Positions 37,899 through 54,092 are shown, numbered from the stretch's first letter. The stretch: 64,000 bases of DNA from Chrysomallon squamiferum (GCA_012295275.1 CM022672.1:27342001-27406000); one strand, 5' to 3'. The notes: generated by a model from the sequence alone, not told the origin. Numbers and translations are program-made.

Positions 37899-38729
37899 CA
37901 TAAAAACAATACAATACTACAATCCGACCATTTCTTCAAAACGTGTAGGCTATATCAATTTTATATATATATATATATACTTTCCTTTATAAAATCGTGT
38001 TAAAATGCATTCATAAAGGATCTTTGCTGTTTATTGTCAAAGTTAGCCAGCGGAATGGCTATTATTATTATTATACTAAAATGATAAAATGAAAAAGTAG
38101 TGTTGTTATGTCTTTAAATGTTCATTAATAACACCGTTTTGATTATTTTACAGCAGTACTGAATGTAAAATATTAAATTTTTTATTATACTGTATCATTT
38201 GATCATCTGTAGAAAAAAAAAGAAGTATTATAAATGTCTTTGGGATATAATAATATAAATGAAATATAAAAAAAATAAACTAGATAGTAAATAAATCAAT
38301 ACAGATTAAATATCAGTGGATTAAATACTTTTATAACGAGAACATAATTATTCATCAGTTTAAATACTACTATTGCGTATTACTGTAGTATTGGTGGATT
38401 CCTAGCATAACCAAATCCTTATTTCTATTCTTCTTCATTTTATTGAGTTTTTCAACTGTTTCAACTCATATTATTATCATTAATTTTAAAAACATAATAT
38501 TTGTGAATATTTGTATTTGTATGTTTGTGTACGTGCGTGAGCGTATGAGAGTATATATGTGTCGCTGTGAATATCTATTTGAATAATGCTTTCTTAAGTG
38601 CTTCTGTTTTTCCTCTTGTCACTTACACAGTAAGTAGTCGCTTATTGTACAAACTATAAGAACTTACTAACAGCACTATTCAGTAAAAAATGTATTCAGA
38701 ACCAACACGAGCTGGCAGCTTCATACAAC

Positions 38730-38773
<44 letters not shown>

Positions 38774-39479
38774 ATGTTATGGTAACTGGTGAAATTCCTG
38801 ACCCACTGTCAAAGTGCCAACCAGGACAAAGTTACGTAAATGCTGATTTTGTGATTTGCAGGTCATCTAAGTACCCAGGGTCAGCTGATCGTAACGGCAA
38901 TACGAGAAGTATGAGGGGTCGTCTCAAAAGTCCACATATGTCCTCTTTTTTTAAAATAAATTTAATTTAATTTAATTGTATTTATTTTATTAATTATTTA
39001 TTATTATTATTATTATTTTTTTTTTTTTTTTTCTTCTTTTTTTTTCTTCTCTCAAAATATGGATAACATCACTTTCCTTTTCCACAGTTTATGTATTAAG
39101 AAGGCCTACAATAAATGTTACTGTTTATATTGAACTAGAAGCGGGTGATCAGGCCTGTGTTTAATAATAACCAGTACTATTATATGAAAACTAATCTGAA
39201 AGATATTTAGTTATCTAGTGATAATTAGCGATAAATGACAAAGAAATTGCATAAGTAGGCAACAACGGGTTACGTTTATTTAATGAACAGCTAAAACTGA
39301 AAGATATGACTTTTCCACAGTAAAAAGGTGTTATATCGGATTCAGATAACTCATTTTGTCTGAATATTAAATGTATGAGTATGTATATTTAAGTTAATCG
39401 GGTCAAACAGTAAATAAACATATTTAAAACGTTGTCATCAATAATCTGTATAAATATTTTATCGTTAAATCAGTCATTT

Positions 39480-39735
39480 ACGTAAAGATTTTATCGATAA
39501 CTGAGCAATTTATGTTAAAAAAGTAACTAATAATTCACTGAATAATTTGTGCATAGATTTATATAATTCTGAGAGTAATTTATGCATATTTTATCATTAA
39601 CTGGGTAATATATGTGAAGATTATTATCATTTAATTTCATAAATTGTGTTAAGATTGTATCTTTAACTGGGCAAACTGATGTGAAGATTTATTATCATTA
39701 ACTGAGTAATTCACATAAAGATTTTTATCAATTAT
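39480..39735 (+). repeat. Degenerate ~40-bp tandem repeat (GATTTTATCATTAACTGAGTAATT-like)
   Basis: Motif recurs several times in variant form. Confidence 0.55.
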
Positions 39736-40732
39736 AACAGTTTGCTCTAAATAATAAGTTCTTTGGGACGACCCCTGAAATAGTACTAGAGGGATATCCC
39801 ACGGACACAGGTATTTTATTGAGCAGACGACAATGGGCTGCTTGGGGCAAGGTCGTCAAGGGTGACGAGGGGTGTAAGAGACAGAAGAAAGCGGAGAAAC
39901 TGAAGCAGGGTTCAGCAGTGTGATGAACGTGATTTTAAAAGAATACGCGGAGAAAAAGGGGTCGTCCCATGTCAGTAGACTTTAAAAGAACGCGGTGAAA
40001 GTTTTGTGTGTGTGTCCCAGATTCTTCTTTTTTTTTCTCTTTTTTTTTCACGTATGGTCTGGTATGAAAGTAATGGTTAAATATTTATCTTTTTCTTCTT
40101 CTATATAATTTTTTTTTTCCCCAGTGAAGCTATGTATTAACATACCTTTGAAAAACATATGAGAAAGAGAGAAAAAAAAATGAGAGAAAGAGAATAAGAG
40201 ACACTTACAAGAAATGTAGAGAGATAAAGAATGAATTAGAGTGTACAGGGACAGAAAAATGCTTTGTCATGACAACATATTTTTTGTTTAATTTATTTAT
40301 TTAATTATCTATTTATTGTTGTTGTTGTTATTGTTGTTGTTGTGGCTGTGGCTGTGGGATGGAGGAGGTTATGACGTATACGAAAGATCAGAAAGATACC
40401 TCCTGATGCTGTAAATGCAACAATCATAATTTTATTTTATTTGGAGTTTTAGTTTTTTTTCTGCAGCTTCGTGAAAAACTGAACGGCGCTCGAGGATCCG
40501 TGTTGGAAGACACTGATATAAATGAAACTCAGGATTTACGTCCTGCAGTAAACACTCTGAGTGCACCATCGAATATATAGTTACTAAATAACCATGTCTC
40601 CAGGCAAATGAACAAAAAAACAACAACACATGCAGTATAATTACGTATAATTATTTTAGTCTTTGAAAAGTCCGTATAATCACGTTGGTAATGACTTTAT
40701 AAAAGATAGACTTGTATTTCTTTAATACATAC

Positions 40733-40787
<55 letters not shown>

Positions 40788-43395
40788 TACATGCACACAT
40801 ACACATAAACTAATGTATATGTACACACACATACGAAACATACACAGATTCACACACAAATACATACATCAGTAAATACATTCGAAAAATAAACACGCAC
40901 GCAAACAGAAAACGGACTGAAGCGATGACAAACATCAAAACGGTTGCAGACCCCTAAACTTTCATCCTGTCCACGATATCTTACATTGAACATTTCCTAT
41001 GAGAATAAGAAGCTGAATTTCAAAAGACAGGAAGAGGTCAAAGCCACTTTTGATGGGACAGTGCAGTATCGTTAGCATGCTTGACGGGCAGGGCCAGTGT
41101 CCAGTGGAAAACTTGAAAGGCCGTGTTCCTTTTGTGTTTCCACCCATCGCGGAGCTCCGTGATTCCCTTGGGAAAGTCACAAACTTGTAAAACTGACTTT
41201 ACTGTACGTACGTATCATTTTTTCAGTGCATGAGAAGTTCCCCTCTTTTTTCTTTCTTATCTTTTCTTTTTCATTTTTTTTTTTTTTTTTTGTTTTAAAC
41301 TCGAAGTAACCGGTTCATTGTTCAAAGAGAATTGGGCCGAAATTATGTGCCCTTTGGCGGAATGACGCTGATGGTGAAAAAATAAACATTTATCTCGGAC
41401 CTTCTGAAAAGGAGTTGAAACACAGATACGTTTATAAAGGGATTAGGCTCTGCCATTCAGGGTTTCTTACATTATATGTGATTTATAATCACCATTTTAT
41501 TCATTATCATTAGTACAAGTAGTAATCGGGGGGGGGGAGCTAGATAGGGGCGTATCGTGGTACGGAAAAAATGGAACCAAAAAAAAAAAAAAAAAAATGT
41601 TATTGCTTATTGACATTTAGTTATTGGTAGTAGGTGAAGTCCCGCTTACAAAAACAATTTGTAACTGCACATAAAAAAAACAGTGCATGAATAATATTTG
41701 ACATAATGATTTAATGTCAGAAATAAAATAATCTGCAGCTAATACCATATTTAACAATAAAATAAAATAAAAATATTTAAAAAATAATATACTGAAAAAA
41801 AAAGAAAAAAACATTATACAAGAAAAATCAACATAAATCAGTCTTTTTTCTTCTTCTTTATTTTCTCTGCTGTTCAAACACAGTAATCCACACGTCTGGC
41901 ACAATGAAGGGCAGTAAAGCTAATAAAGAGGTGTGTATAGAGATTCTGGATGTCTTTGATGGAATTCTACGTTTTACAGCGCGGCCATTACGTCCGACAT
42001 TCAATATGGTGATTAGCTGAACTCTATTGACAGCGTTCGATCATAAATCTGCGCTGGGAATGCAGGCACACTTCTCATCTATGGCGACCAATTCCTCGCA
42101 CGCCGCGACATAAAAACTAGACAAAGAACTTACCCCCAGCCAGTGAAATGTAGTCCGTTGTGGATCTGTCCCACGTCGTATCTGGGTTCATAAAACGTCG
42201 CAGAAAAATTCTGCTTTACATTTCTTTCTTTTTTTTTTTTTTTTTTTTGCTCCTTTTCTTTACAAGCTGGCGATATCCATGCCATACCGCTAAGAAGGTT
42301 TTAGATTACGTTCCCCATTTTGAATTGAATGGCAGTTATATATTAATGTGTTTTACTCGATGCACTTGGTAAATACAGCATTTAAAATATTGACTAAATG
42401 AGATATGTGTAGAAGAAAGAAAGAAAAGAATAATTGGCGTTTTATCTTACAGAGCGAAAAAGAACGCGTTAATTTTTTATGACGTTGTGGGCCTAAAGCA
42501 CAGTTCAGTGTTACTTAATTTCACGATAGTTTCAACTGAGCCGTGATACGTGTTAGCAGAACCAGACTTTTATCAACGTTGTTCATTCTTCACATTTAGA
42601 TATTTCTAGGGTCCCGATTATAAAGAATGTTTTTCTTTATATTATATTGACTTTTCAGATATTTCATTTCGCTAAATCATAGACGCATACATACATATAT
42701 ACACACATATATACATACATAGATACATACATAACACACAAATACATATCCATTCACATACCTACACACACAAATACGCACGCGCACACACAGACATTCA
42801 CATATTTGCAGTGAGAGATGCTTACTCCTCCCTATCGTAGCTAACTACGCTTTCTAATTATAACACTTGACATGCGCATTACATCACTTCTCAGAAGTGT
42901 CTGCACCAGTATAACTAATTTGGATTGCATCGCTGCACATTTTCAAAGTCGTCGTCACAAAAGATTCATCCTTTTTTTTTTTTTTTTTTTTTCTTTCCTT
43001 AATTTAGTGTTTTGATTGTCGGGTTCTCTTGTCGTTTGAAAAGTAGACATTTTACTAGGGAAGGCGGTGGCGCATGTAATGATTTTGTTAATGATAACTT
43101 TCGGTAAAGTGACGATTAAGGATTCTTTGTTATTCATTGGAGATATCCTTGCCAGGGGAAAAAAAAAAGAAAAAAAAAAAAAGTAGGTTCAGATACGACT
43201 TTTTGAAGATGTGTATTATTGTCTGATATTACTGGTATTGTTATAATTCAGACGTTGATTATTAGTTTTTAATTGTTTCAACCACACATTTAAAGAAAGA
43301 GTTAGCTAAAGAAACAAAGAAAGAATTAAAGAATGAAAGAACAAGAGACAGAGAAAGTGAATGACAGAGGTAGTAGTTAGAGATGGATAAGTAAA

Positions 43396-43487
<92 letters not shown>

Positions 43488-44310
43488 AATATAGGCAAAT
43501 TCAGAGACAAGAGAAAAGCATTAAACATCTAATGGAATAGGTAACACACAAATGACGAAGGCTGTGTAAATATATTGTAATTTTATTGGGGAAATATTAA
43601 TTCAGCGGAATGTTTTGTTGACTTACAATGAGCGACATTCAGCTCATTTGTATCCACACATCGCCGTGTTCTCTTTCACTGGCCGCTTTCAAACGATACG
43701 AGCAACAGCGCACGTTCATTATTCTTTTCTTCTTCTTCTTTTTCATTTTCCCCCTCTTCGTTTCAATGAAGCCAGCATACCGGTGCGCGAATCGCAAAAT
43801 CATTGACAAAGCGGACACAGAGCAAAGAGATTTGAATAAAGCGCCAGACCACGGTTCATGAACAGCATATTTCTGCATTACCTCCTCTCTGTAAACATTA
43901 CTTGTGTCTGTGAACAAACAGGCGCCTTTGTAGAGCCGAATGGCGATTTGTGCCGAATCACCGCAATAAGTTAAATAATGATAATAATAATAATCATAAT
44001 TAAAAAATGCCTGTGTCACACATGAACAGTCAATTGGAATTTTAGTGTGATGTAACAGGTACATGTGGACATGTCTTTCACTGTTTGTGTGCCCGTGATA
44101 CTTGCATCATACTGCATTTCTCATAAACTCACACACGCGCGCACACACACATAAACACACACACACACACATACACATAAACACACACATGCACATCATG
44201 TATGTGTATACAATTATGTTTTATATTAAATATACGATTCATATCTTTGAAAATCCTTTATATATATGTGTGTGTGTGTGTGTGTGCATTATATATAAAT
44301 ATAAATCGGT

Positions 44311-44351
<41 letters not shown>

Positions 44352-44706
44352 TGGATTATGAAAGAGGTAACGTCCAACAAGTGTCTTTATTCTTTTGCAA
44401 GCATAGAATTCTCCCAAATCTTCAAACAAATGTATTAAATGTTTTCAAATCCACAACCCAAGTAAAAGTATAATTTAACATACACATAATAATATCAGTA
44501 ATCATGTAATTCTCATACATATTAATAATGTGCTTATACATAATACAAACTAACATACACACAAATGCATACTTCTAAAATTAGACATAAAATTATATGT
44601 CATTTACCATAACGTTACAGTAACATTAATCTTGCAAAAGTATTTATGTATTTGAATTATGCAGGTGAAATCAACACACACACACACACACACACATATT
44701 TTATGC

Positions 44707-44750
<44 letters not shown>

Positions 44751-44940
44751 ACATCTATGTTGTACAAATCTTAACTTACGTACGTAATAATAAATGCAGT
44801 TTAAAATGCGAAATGATATAAAACATCAGTAGACGATGAAGAAAATCACATTTCACACACTTTTTGTATTCTACACTATACTACCGGTTTAGGTGCTAAT
44901 AGAATACATGATATAAAAACAGCAAATTATAAAAGACATC

Positions 44941-44973
<33 letters not shown>

Positions 44974-45243
44974 GTAATAATAATAATAATAATAATAATT
45001 ACAGTGATGATAATGATGATAACGATAATGATGATGAAGATGATAATAATTACAATGACGATGATGATAATGATAATGATAAATATAATGCTAATGTTAA
45101 TGATAATAAATAAATAAGTAAGTAAATAAGTAATAATTTAATTAAGTAAGTAAAACAAACATGCAAACACATACACACACTCACAGGCTTTTATATATAT
45201 ATAAAATATATTCATTAAATTACACACATATATACTCTCAGGC

Positions 45244-45301
<58 letters not shown>

Positions 45302-46425
45302 AAAGGATAGTCTGCACTCGAGGAGACCTTAGCAATAATTTAAAAAAAAAAAAAAAAAAATTAAACGAAAATCCTATGTATTATACTGAAGATGAGAAAA
45401 AAAAGAACTTACGGAGAACTGCTGTGATTTTAATTAATGTAAATAAATTAATTTTTTAAATTCTTTTATATCAATGTATTTTTATAAAATTTATTATTAC
45501 TTTTTTATTAAATTTATTTTTATTTTTTTATGTCGAAAACAATCTGGTTCCATAGTATATAAGTTTATCTTTAGAGTAACCCTAAAAAGGAAGGTTTGTC
45601 GTAAAATCTGTTTGATTTTCTTATTTTCACAGGCGGACGAAGAAACACAATTAAGCTGCTTGTATTTTATCGTCACGGTAAACAATTTCTTTCTTCTTCT
45701 TCTTCTTGGCTGATACAACCAAGACGACTGGCAGTAAAAGCGTCATCAAAACACAACATCAACAAACCTTACAAACAGGACAGGATAATAAACATAAAAC
45801 TTGCTCTTTAATTCATGTGTAAATTAAAAAATATTTATCTCACTACATTTGCATGATTTTTCCATGAATATATTTAGCTGTCTTTTTTTCAAAGTCACTT
45901 ATACATTTTATCATCATATGAGATACTGAAAGAATACTTCTTTAAATAAATATTTAAAAAATAAAAAATAATTAAAAAAAATATCTATAAAAATATAAAT
46001 ACAAAATACAAGAGAAACACAATAAAACCTTCGCTTTTGTCTGTGTGTGATCTTACAGCTCATTTCTACCTCAGAACGTCACTGCTTTCATTTTGTAAAA
46101 GATGCAAGCGTCAGTTTTGCAAGCCTCCCATGATAAAGTGTACACCACGCTGCTTCGACGACTCCTGTAAGAGTGCTGTTTAGCTCGGAGATAGTCTGAC
46201 CTTTTGTTTCCCCTCTGGCATATATCATCAGTGATGGCATCCACCATTAACATATTATTGAAGGACCATTAACTTACTTCATTGTGTGATTCACTCATTG
46301 TTAGAAATATACAGGCCAAAACAATCTGCTAATGATTTGATACGCCCTTATGGCTTTTAATACATTTTTATCAATACTGAATATTTTATGGGGTTTTTTG
46401 TGTTTTTTTTGGTCTTGTCGAATTT

Positions 46426-46497
<72 letters not shown>

Positions 46498-47691
46498 ACA
46501 TTATAACTTTTATACACAAAAATTAACACGAACAAATATTTAATCAGTAACCCGAGGTTGTATAATTATATTCAAATTGTGAATCACATTTGTCTAAAAT
46601 ACAATCACTGCTTTTCAACATAAACAGTAGTCTAATGTATTCTGGCCCAGAGTAATCTGTACAGAGAGAATGACTTCTGTACTTAGGTAATTCGGGTATT
46701 GGTTTCTTTATACATTACGACATTTAAAAACGATTTTATGGATCATTCCACCTATATGTTCTGAATGCTGAAATCGATACGATTGATTTATTCACTGCAA
46801 GTTGCTTCAAAAAAGAATGTTTTTTTTTATTTAAAATTCCAGTCATCGCAAGCCATTCTGAAAAACGCCTGTCAAGCTAATACAATTTATGTTTTCTGCC
46901 GAGGAGGGTATTTGTATATTAGTTAGTGATCTGACTCAAATAACGCTGGGTTTCAGTCTGTATCCGTCTGATATTCTTGCATGCACCGAACTTAAGCACT
47001 TCTCCGTTTCAAATAATTATTATTTCACTTGTTTCATTTAAAAGGATATCTCACAACAAAAGTGTGAACTTTAACCTAAGTGTGATTAGTCCTAATGGTG
47101 TTACGAAAAACCACAGCAACGGAACGAAAAAATTATTTCAATTGCAGTCTAATTACTGCGGATGTAACTGAAACTTAGCCAGTTTTAACCTGCTCATTTA
47201 ATGTGGGTGGAGAGATCTTTCAAGGTAATAATCGAGTATTGAAACAATTCACACGAAAGAATAAACTGAAAATAATTATCTTTCAAAAAACAGTGACAGT
47301 TATTATTGGTTCATCAAAAATTAATTTTTAAAACTGATTCAACATTTGGCTGCAATAAATTACTTTATGCAAATGACCAGACGCCTCGCCATAATAGAGT
47401 TTAATTTGAAAAAATAGTTTTGGAGGTTACAGATGAAAAGTATCGATAAAAGTCTGAATGCTTAAAAGGGTTGTTAAAGATAGTTTGTAAATAATATTCC
47501 TTTACTGGCTTTGTTTAGAAACGTCACAAAGTTTCAGCCATAAAAATGTCACGTGCTGGATTAACGAACAAAATAAAAGAAAATTAAAAAATGCCTACCT
47601 ACATATACACAAATGTTACACGTAAAAGCTCACTTTTGTCATTTGTTTGTCTGCAAACATATATAAATGTACATGTATATGTGCGTATATA

Positions 47692-47727
<36 letters not shown>

Positions 47728-48180
47728 TATGTACATGTATGCATATTTTATTCATAAAATACATAATAACATTCTTCTATCTTACTTTCAAAGTGTATCT
47801 ATGGCGAAACGAATAAATGGTTAAAATAAAATTTTGAATACTTCCATCTTATTACTTTATTGTTTAGGCGAATTGGCATCGCTGATAACAACGTGTGACA
47901 ATAAAATAATATTTTTAAAATCATTTTATCCCTTCACAACTGGAATAGTGACGTCATTGCGTACGTAACAGACTGAAAGTTCGGGAGGGACTGACGCAAG
48001 TAGCTGGTCCGCCTGAACGCAGTGACGTCACGTCTGTAAAAAAAAATGGCCGCGTCCAGATGTTTAAACTGTACTCTTTTGTTTTTACTTTCATTATTAA
48101 TTAACACTCAATAAATTTTAACTTGGAAGTATGCGGAATATATTTAAACCATTTTGTCGATCGACAAAGTTAAAATAATA

Positions 48181-48212
<32 letters not shown>

Positions 48213-50204
48213 GCAGCAGAAGAAGAAGAAAAATGCTATTGTACTGAAAATAAATGTTGTATTCTGTATAAATATGAGTGAAATGTAAATGAGAGACTTA
48301 GCACTTTGCTCAGTAATATACTCAAAGACAAAAGAAAATCCATCAGGCCAAATAATTTCGATATAGTTTGCCTATATATATGCACGGCCGATCCAACAAC
48401 AGAAATAACTTCTAATTAAGTAAATTCTCGTTTAAAGTCCATCAAATAATTAAATAATAAGTAATTAAATAAAACAATAAAACTTCGTTTATTGTTCAAT
48501 AAAATCTCTAAAAATATGCCATATTAAAGACAAATGGATAACATTTTATGAAAAAAGCGACCATTACTGAAACACTAAGAGAAAAATTATTAAAATAAAA
48601 AATAAAAAAAAAAAATAAATAAGGTTGACGTCTTTATAAAAAATTTTTTTTTAAAAGATATATATTTATATGTTCAAATTAAAACAATACTTCAGCGGAT
48701 ATAAATGGTTACCAAGAAAATTTTTGTTGTTGTTGGTTTCTTTATTATTAGCAAAGGTTGGGTGAAAAATGATATGGAAATACGACAAATGTATTTAGGC
48801 TTATTATACGTTTAAATACACAGAAACATACGTTTGTTGTTCTTCTTATATACTGGTATTTTTTCTAAATTTTATGTATATATTAAAAGGTAACTGTTTT
48901 TATATACACCTGAAGAAAAAAAAAAAAAAGAAGAAGAAGAATTATAAGAATTTTTACAAGAAAAAAATTATTATGGAGAGACATAAATTCCTCCCGTGAA
49001 TAGCGACATCTTTTTACCAGTTAAATCTCACACAAACAACTGCCCGGATAGAGAGACAGTGTTTGTTCCATTATCAGTCACAAACGCCCGAAGCCATATG
49101 AAAATAACACTACCGAAATCAAACACCTGAATATATATGTATTAACATATAAAAGCTTGAATACTTCGTTCCCGTTTTGCACTCAGTTATTTCTTATTCT
49201 TTATTTTCAAAGCTGGAAGCAAAAGAGGGCGAATGAAATAATATGTTATGTATATGTGTATCTGTGTGTGCATGTGTATATATTATAACGTGTGTGTATG
49301 TTTATATGTATCTATGTTACTATGTGTATGTGTATGTATTATATATATATATATATGTGTGTGGGTGTGTGTGTGTGTTAGTGTACGTACATGTGTATAG
49401 ATAGACAGATAGATAGATATATGTATGTATGGATATGTCTGTACGACTCCAGATTTTGATGTCTATACAGTTATGCTTATAATTATATACAGACAAATAT
49501 TCATCATTTATACATTAACATTTTCGTTAATATAAATTCACACACATATATAACCTTGATAAATATAATTCATAAACACATAACGAACTAAACATTAAAC
49601 TGTTTTATATAAAATCGGGTTTATTATGCCAACGTAATGTTTTCTATAACATGTATTGTTTCTAAAACATGAAAAATATATTATTAATAATAACTGTACA
49701 TAATACAATTAAAAAAATATACAGTGTTCGAACAGAGTCGAGACAGCTCATCGACTGAGCGAGTTTCTTCTTGGTTTTTTGTTTTGTTTTTTAAACTCAA
49801 AAGATCACATATAGGGCAAATATACATATAAAGTACGTGGCCCCGCACCGAAGACACACAAAAAGCCATTTGAACGAAAAACCGTAGGACCTTGGCAAAC
49901 AGGGTACATTTTCAACCTTCTATTCTTTTCAGGTAAGTCTTCTATCTATACTGTACTGAAAAGGTCTACATGAATCCGGGGGCTCCCGGGGCGAAATGAA
50001 AGCTCTTTTGTTTGGAAATTTTTTGTTTGAAAATAGTCACCTCTGAACGCGGCAGGTATTTTGTAGGAATGTAAAGGTTGCATGAGAGGTCAGACGACCA
50101 CATTTTTTTTTTTTTTTTTTTTTTTCTTTTGCAATCGAGTTTGCGAGGTCTGAGTTGTCAATGCTGATCTGAACTTCCGAGACCACGTCTCACGTTTTTT
50201 GTGT

Positions 50205-50560
50205 CACATCTCACTAATCTCACTAGGTCCATATCATACAAACTAATCTTTATATCACTTTCTCAGATCTCACTAATTCCTTGTCATATGTGTATATCAT
50301 ATGCACACTAGTACAGTATCTCACTAATTCCTAATGACATATACATATATCAACAGTCCCACAATAGCTCATATCATTAACACCTAATGACATATACATA
50401 TATCAGTTGTCACACTAGTATCATATGTAACTAATTCCTAATCATATAAATCTGTTGACACACTACTACCACATTTCACTAATTTCTAATCACATATAAC
50501 ACAAAATCTCACTAATACCACATCTCACTAGTATCACACATCACTTGCCTCATATCTCAC
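50205..50560 (+). repeat. Degenerate short tandem repeat (ATCTCACTAAT / CACACTAGTA)
   Basis: Recurring CACTAAT and CACTAGT motifs; CCTAATGACATATACATATATCA is duplicated. Confidence 0.65.
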
Positions 50561-50886
50561 TCCTCGCATACCATAATGTGTTAAACACGTCTGGAGTTGC
50601 TGTATTTTGTTTTTTCGACACACACCTACAACATAATAGTATACATCCGCACGTCACATGCATGCTTGAGCATTTCTTTCTGCAGTATTAACACGTTAAA
50701 ACATTTGATTCCAAGGAGCCGGAGGATAAACTACAACAATGTGACGTTCACAGCGCCTGAACAGTCGACATTGACTTAACCTGTCACTGAAAGCTAGTTC
50801 AGGTGGAAATTCTTCTCAACCTTGAAAAATCAGTGAAAACAAGTCACCTAACCTTCCTTCCTCTCTCTCTCTCTCTCCCTCTCCCT

Positions 50887-50948
<62 letters not shown>

Positions 50949-51362
50949 AAATAAAACCATCCTCAGTGAGAGACGCAGTCGAAGCAACCTAAATATAAAT
51001 TCACAATATTTAAAACTGTAAGTGTTTAATGTTAAATAATTCTAGGCACGTTGGACAGCCGAGAATTATAAACATTAAATGTTACATTGATTTAGGCCTT
51101 ATGAAGAATCAGTCAGGCAAAATATAAATTTCGGAAGGTAAAAGTGTACGAATTAATATTAAAATGTATATGGTAAATGAATAGACAAAAATGTAGACTT
51201 ATAAACTGAATTTGAGTAGGCATATTTTCACAATATAATAAAAGTTTTTTCTCAGTCAACGAATAATTATGATTAGAAAATAAGTATAATAATTTCATTT
51301 CAAGAAGTATTTGCTCAAAAAAAAAAAAAAATTTCATAACAGGTGATTTTGTGCTTCACTAA

Positions 51363-51418
<56 letters not shown>

Positions 51419-52275
51419 GTTATTATAGGATTGAGGAATTCGAATTTTCATATCTCTGTTTAACTCACTTAAAAGTGGGCGTCACTGAAAGAAGTGAATT
51501 TCAATTTCCTGATTTCCGGAGAACAAAAGACTAAGAGGAAAACTAATATGACGTTTTTCATGATTGCTAAGACTATAACTGAAAAAAAAAAAAAAAAAAA
51601 AAAAAAAATAGAAGACAGTATTTCTCTCACCCAACACATTTTATTTCCTATTGTTTTCTTATAGATCTATTAATACTACAATAGTATAGTAAATAAATCT
51701 CCACACACACACATACATTTTCTTTTTAAACGTTCAGTTGTTTTTTGTTTTTGTCTTTTCAAAACATTAAACTATATTCAAACTCTATATATTATATATT
51801 TATGAAATTATTATCAAATATTTACTACTTTTACTATTACTATTCCTTGGCAATGTAATTTTAGATATATTATCTTTGAAAGAATCACACACACACATGG
51901 TTACTGTCTTTACATACCAGCTTTATCCTTTGAAGAGGAAAAAGCGTTTTGCAGCGAGGCTCAAACGAGCTGCATTCTAATTCGACTTGATCAGGTTAAA
52001 ACTGATATCTTGAGACAGTTATTTATTTTATTCTGCAATCCTAAATAATAAAATAATTTTAACGACATTAACTGTTTTATTGCTGAACTCACCACTCTCG
52101 AGAGCAGCAGATTCATGCGTATTGATTTCGTTGTCGCTACAAGAACTATACATCAAAACAAAATAGTTCTTAAATAACAACAATTTATTTGCTTTTTTTT
52201 TTTTTAAATGAAAGCAGTTTTCAAAACAGTCTGTTAAGATCTAAAGCAGAAGTTAAACACTAAAGAAGTAACTTT

Positions 52276-52313
<38 letters not shown>

Positions 52314-53611
52314 TATATAATTAGTCTGAGTATCGTAATACATATTTACTGACCTCCCTTTTTAACATTTTTTAAACATAATCACATTTTATCTTTAAAC
52401 GATGTGCAACAAAAGATAAGATTACATATGAGTCAGCATTATTTGAAAATAAAACAACAACAACAATAATAATAATTATAATAATAATAATAATAATTAT
52501 AAGGAAGCACTTGGTCTATTCAAAAGTAATTTAAAAAAAAAAATCTGCATTTATGTCACAATTTTTAATGTTAAAATAAAACAGCAAAAAGAAATGCTCT
52601 GAACCTCAGTCATATGGTATTTACAATATTCCAGTATCACAGAAACATATACACTCATAAACATACACCGAAATATTGATATATATATATATATCTATAT
52701 CTATACATACATTTCTTTTAAATGTCCATATAATTATCTAAGCATACGTACATACACAAACATTCATACTTTATGCACGTTTGCATTGTTCAAATCACAT
52801 TGTTCACTAATGCAGGTTCTATCGCAGTACCCCAGCCATTTGAATCCCTGAACACGACAACACTGGCAGGAACATGAGAAGTGAAAACTCCAGGGACTTC
52901 CTTTTCTACGAACACAACAACAACAACAAAAAAACATCGCCCAAGCAAGCCGAGCTAGTTTTCTTTCGTTCAACATCCCCCCCCCCCTCTCTCTCTCTCT
53001 CTCTTCCTTCAAAATCACAGTGTCTGGAATTTCATTCACTTGTCTGACCCACTTTGCTTTCAGCTGCTGCTCGCAAGCCGATGTTAGTGTCAATTTCACG
53101 TTTTTCGCAACTCTCGTCTGCTTCTCAAACGAGCAGACGAATTCCACCAGCAGACGACAGCAGGCACCAAGATTTTCTTGCTGAAAAAAATTCTGCACAG
53201 TGCACTTTGTGGCTGCATTTCACAAACAAAGACCATGGAAATGCCAAATGCCCTGGAAAGATTTTGGTCCCCTGATAGTTGGTATGATAGAATGATCACA
53301 AAAGAAGTTTAAAATATATGATTTAACAATAAAGTATCCATTAGTAAATATCGTACCATTAACTGTGGAATTTATCAACTCCAACATTTAAAGGTAAAAA
53401 TCCAATAATCCTGGTGTGGTAGGAATATTATTATATTTCGTCAGAATCGAATTATATTTTCCCAAGCGGTAAATAATCCAATGGAAACAAAAATTTCACT
53501 GAATCGCCAAACTCCTGTAAACTAACTAGATAACTGTGAAAATTTTAATATCTGATCTTCCTTCTTCCCGTTGCCAGAGAATGTCAGAATAATTTGTTTC
53601 AGTAATTTGCC

Positions 53612-53653
<42 letters not shown>

Positions 53654-54092
53654 GTTACAGAATGAACAGAAATACAAAAAATATTTTCTGCAAAACAAAA
53701 TATTTATAATTCATAAATCTCTTTCCGTAATGTATTTTTTTCTTTTTAAAGTCAACACAGCCACAGTAAAGAATGCCCTCCTTGTCAGAATAGCAATTTC
53801 GTAGTGTCCAGTGGTCAGTCATCATGGGGTTATCCAGAGGACACTGGTCTCCTCTGAGATACACATAAAAACAACAAAAATATAATTGTATATAATTACA
53901 TAGATATATTAAAAAAAAAAAAAAAAATGTGTCAGTCATACTGGCAATGAAACTGATGCAAAAGCAACCCTGATGAGGTAGAAGAGAGATGAGTTAAGAA
54001 GATGAGTTTTTTGTTTGTTGTTATTATTTTAATTTTTTTTTTATAAAGGGAGTGACCAAAGCTTGTAAAAGCTCGACCCATTGTTGCTTTCC

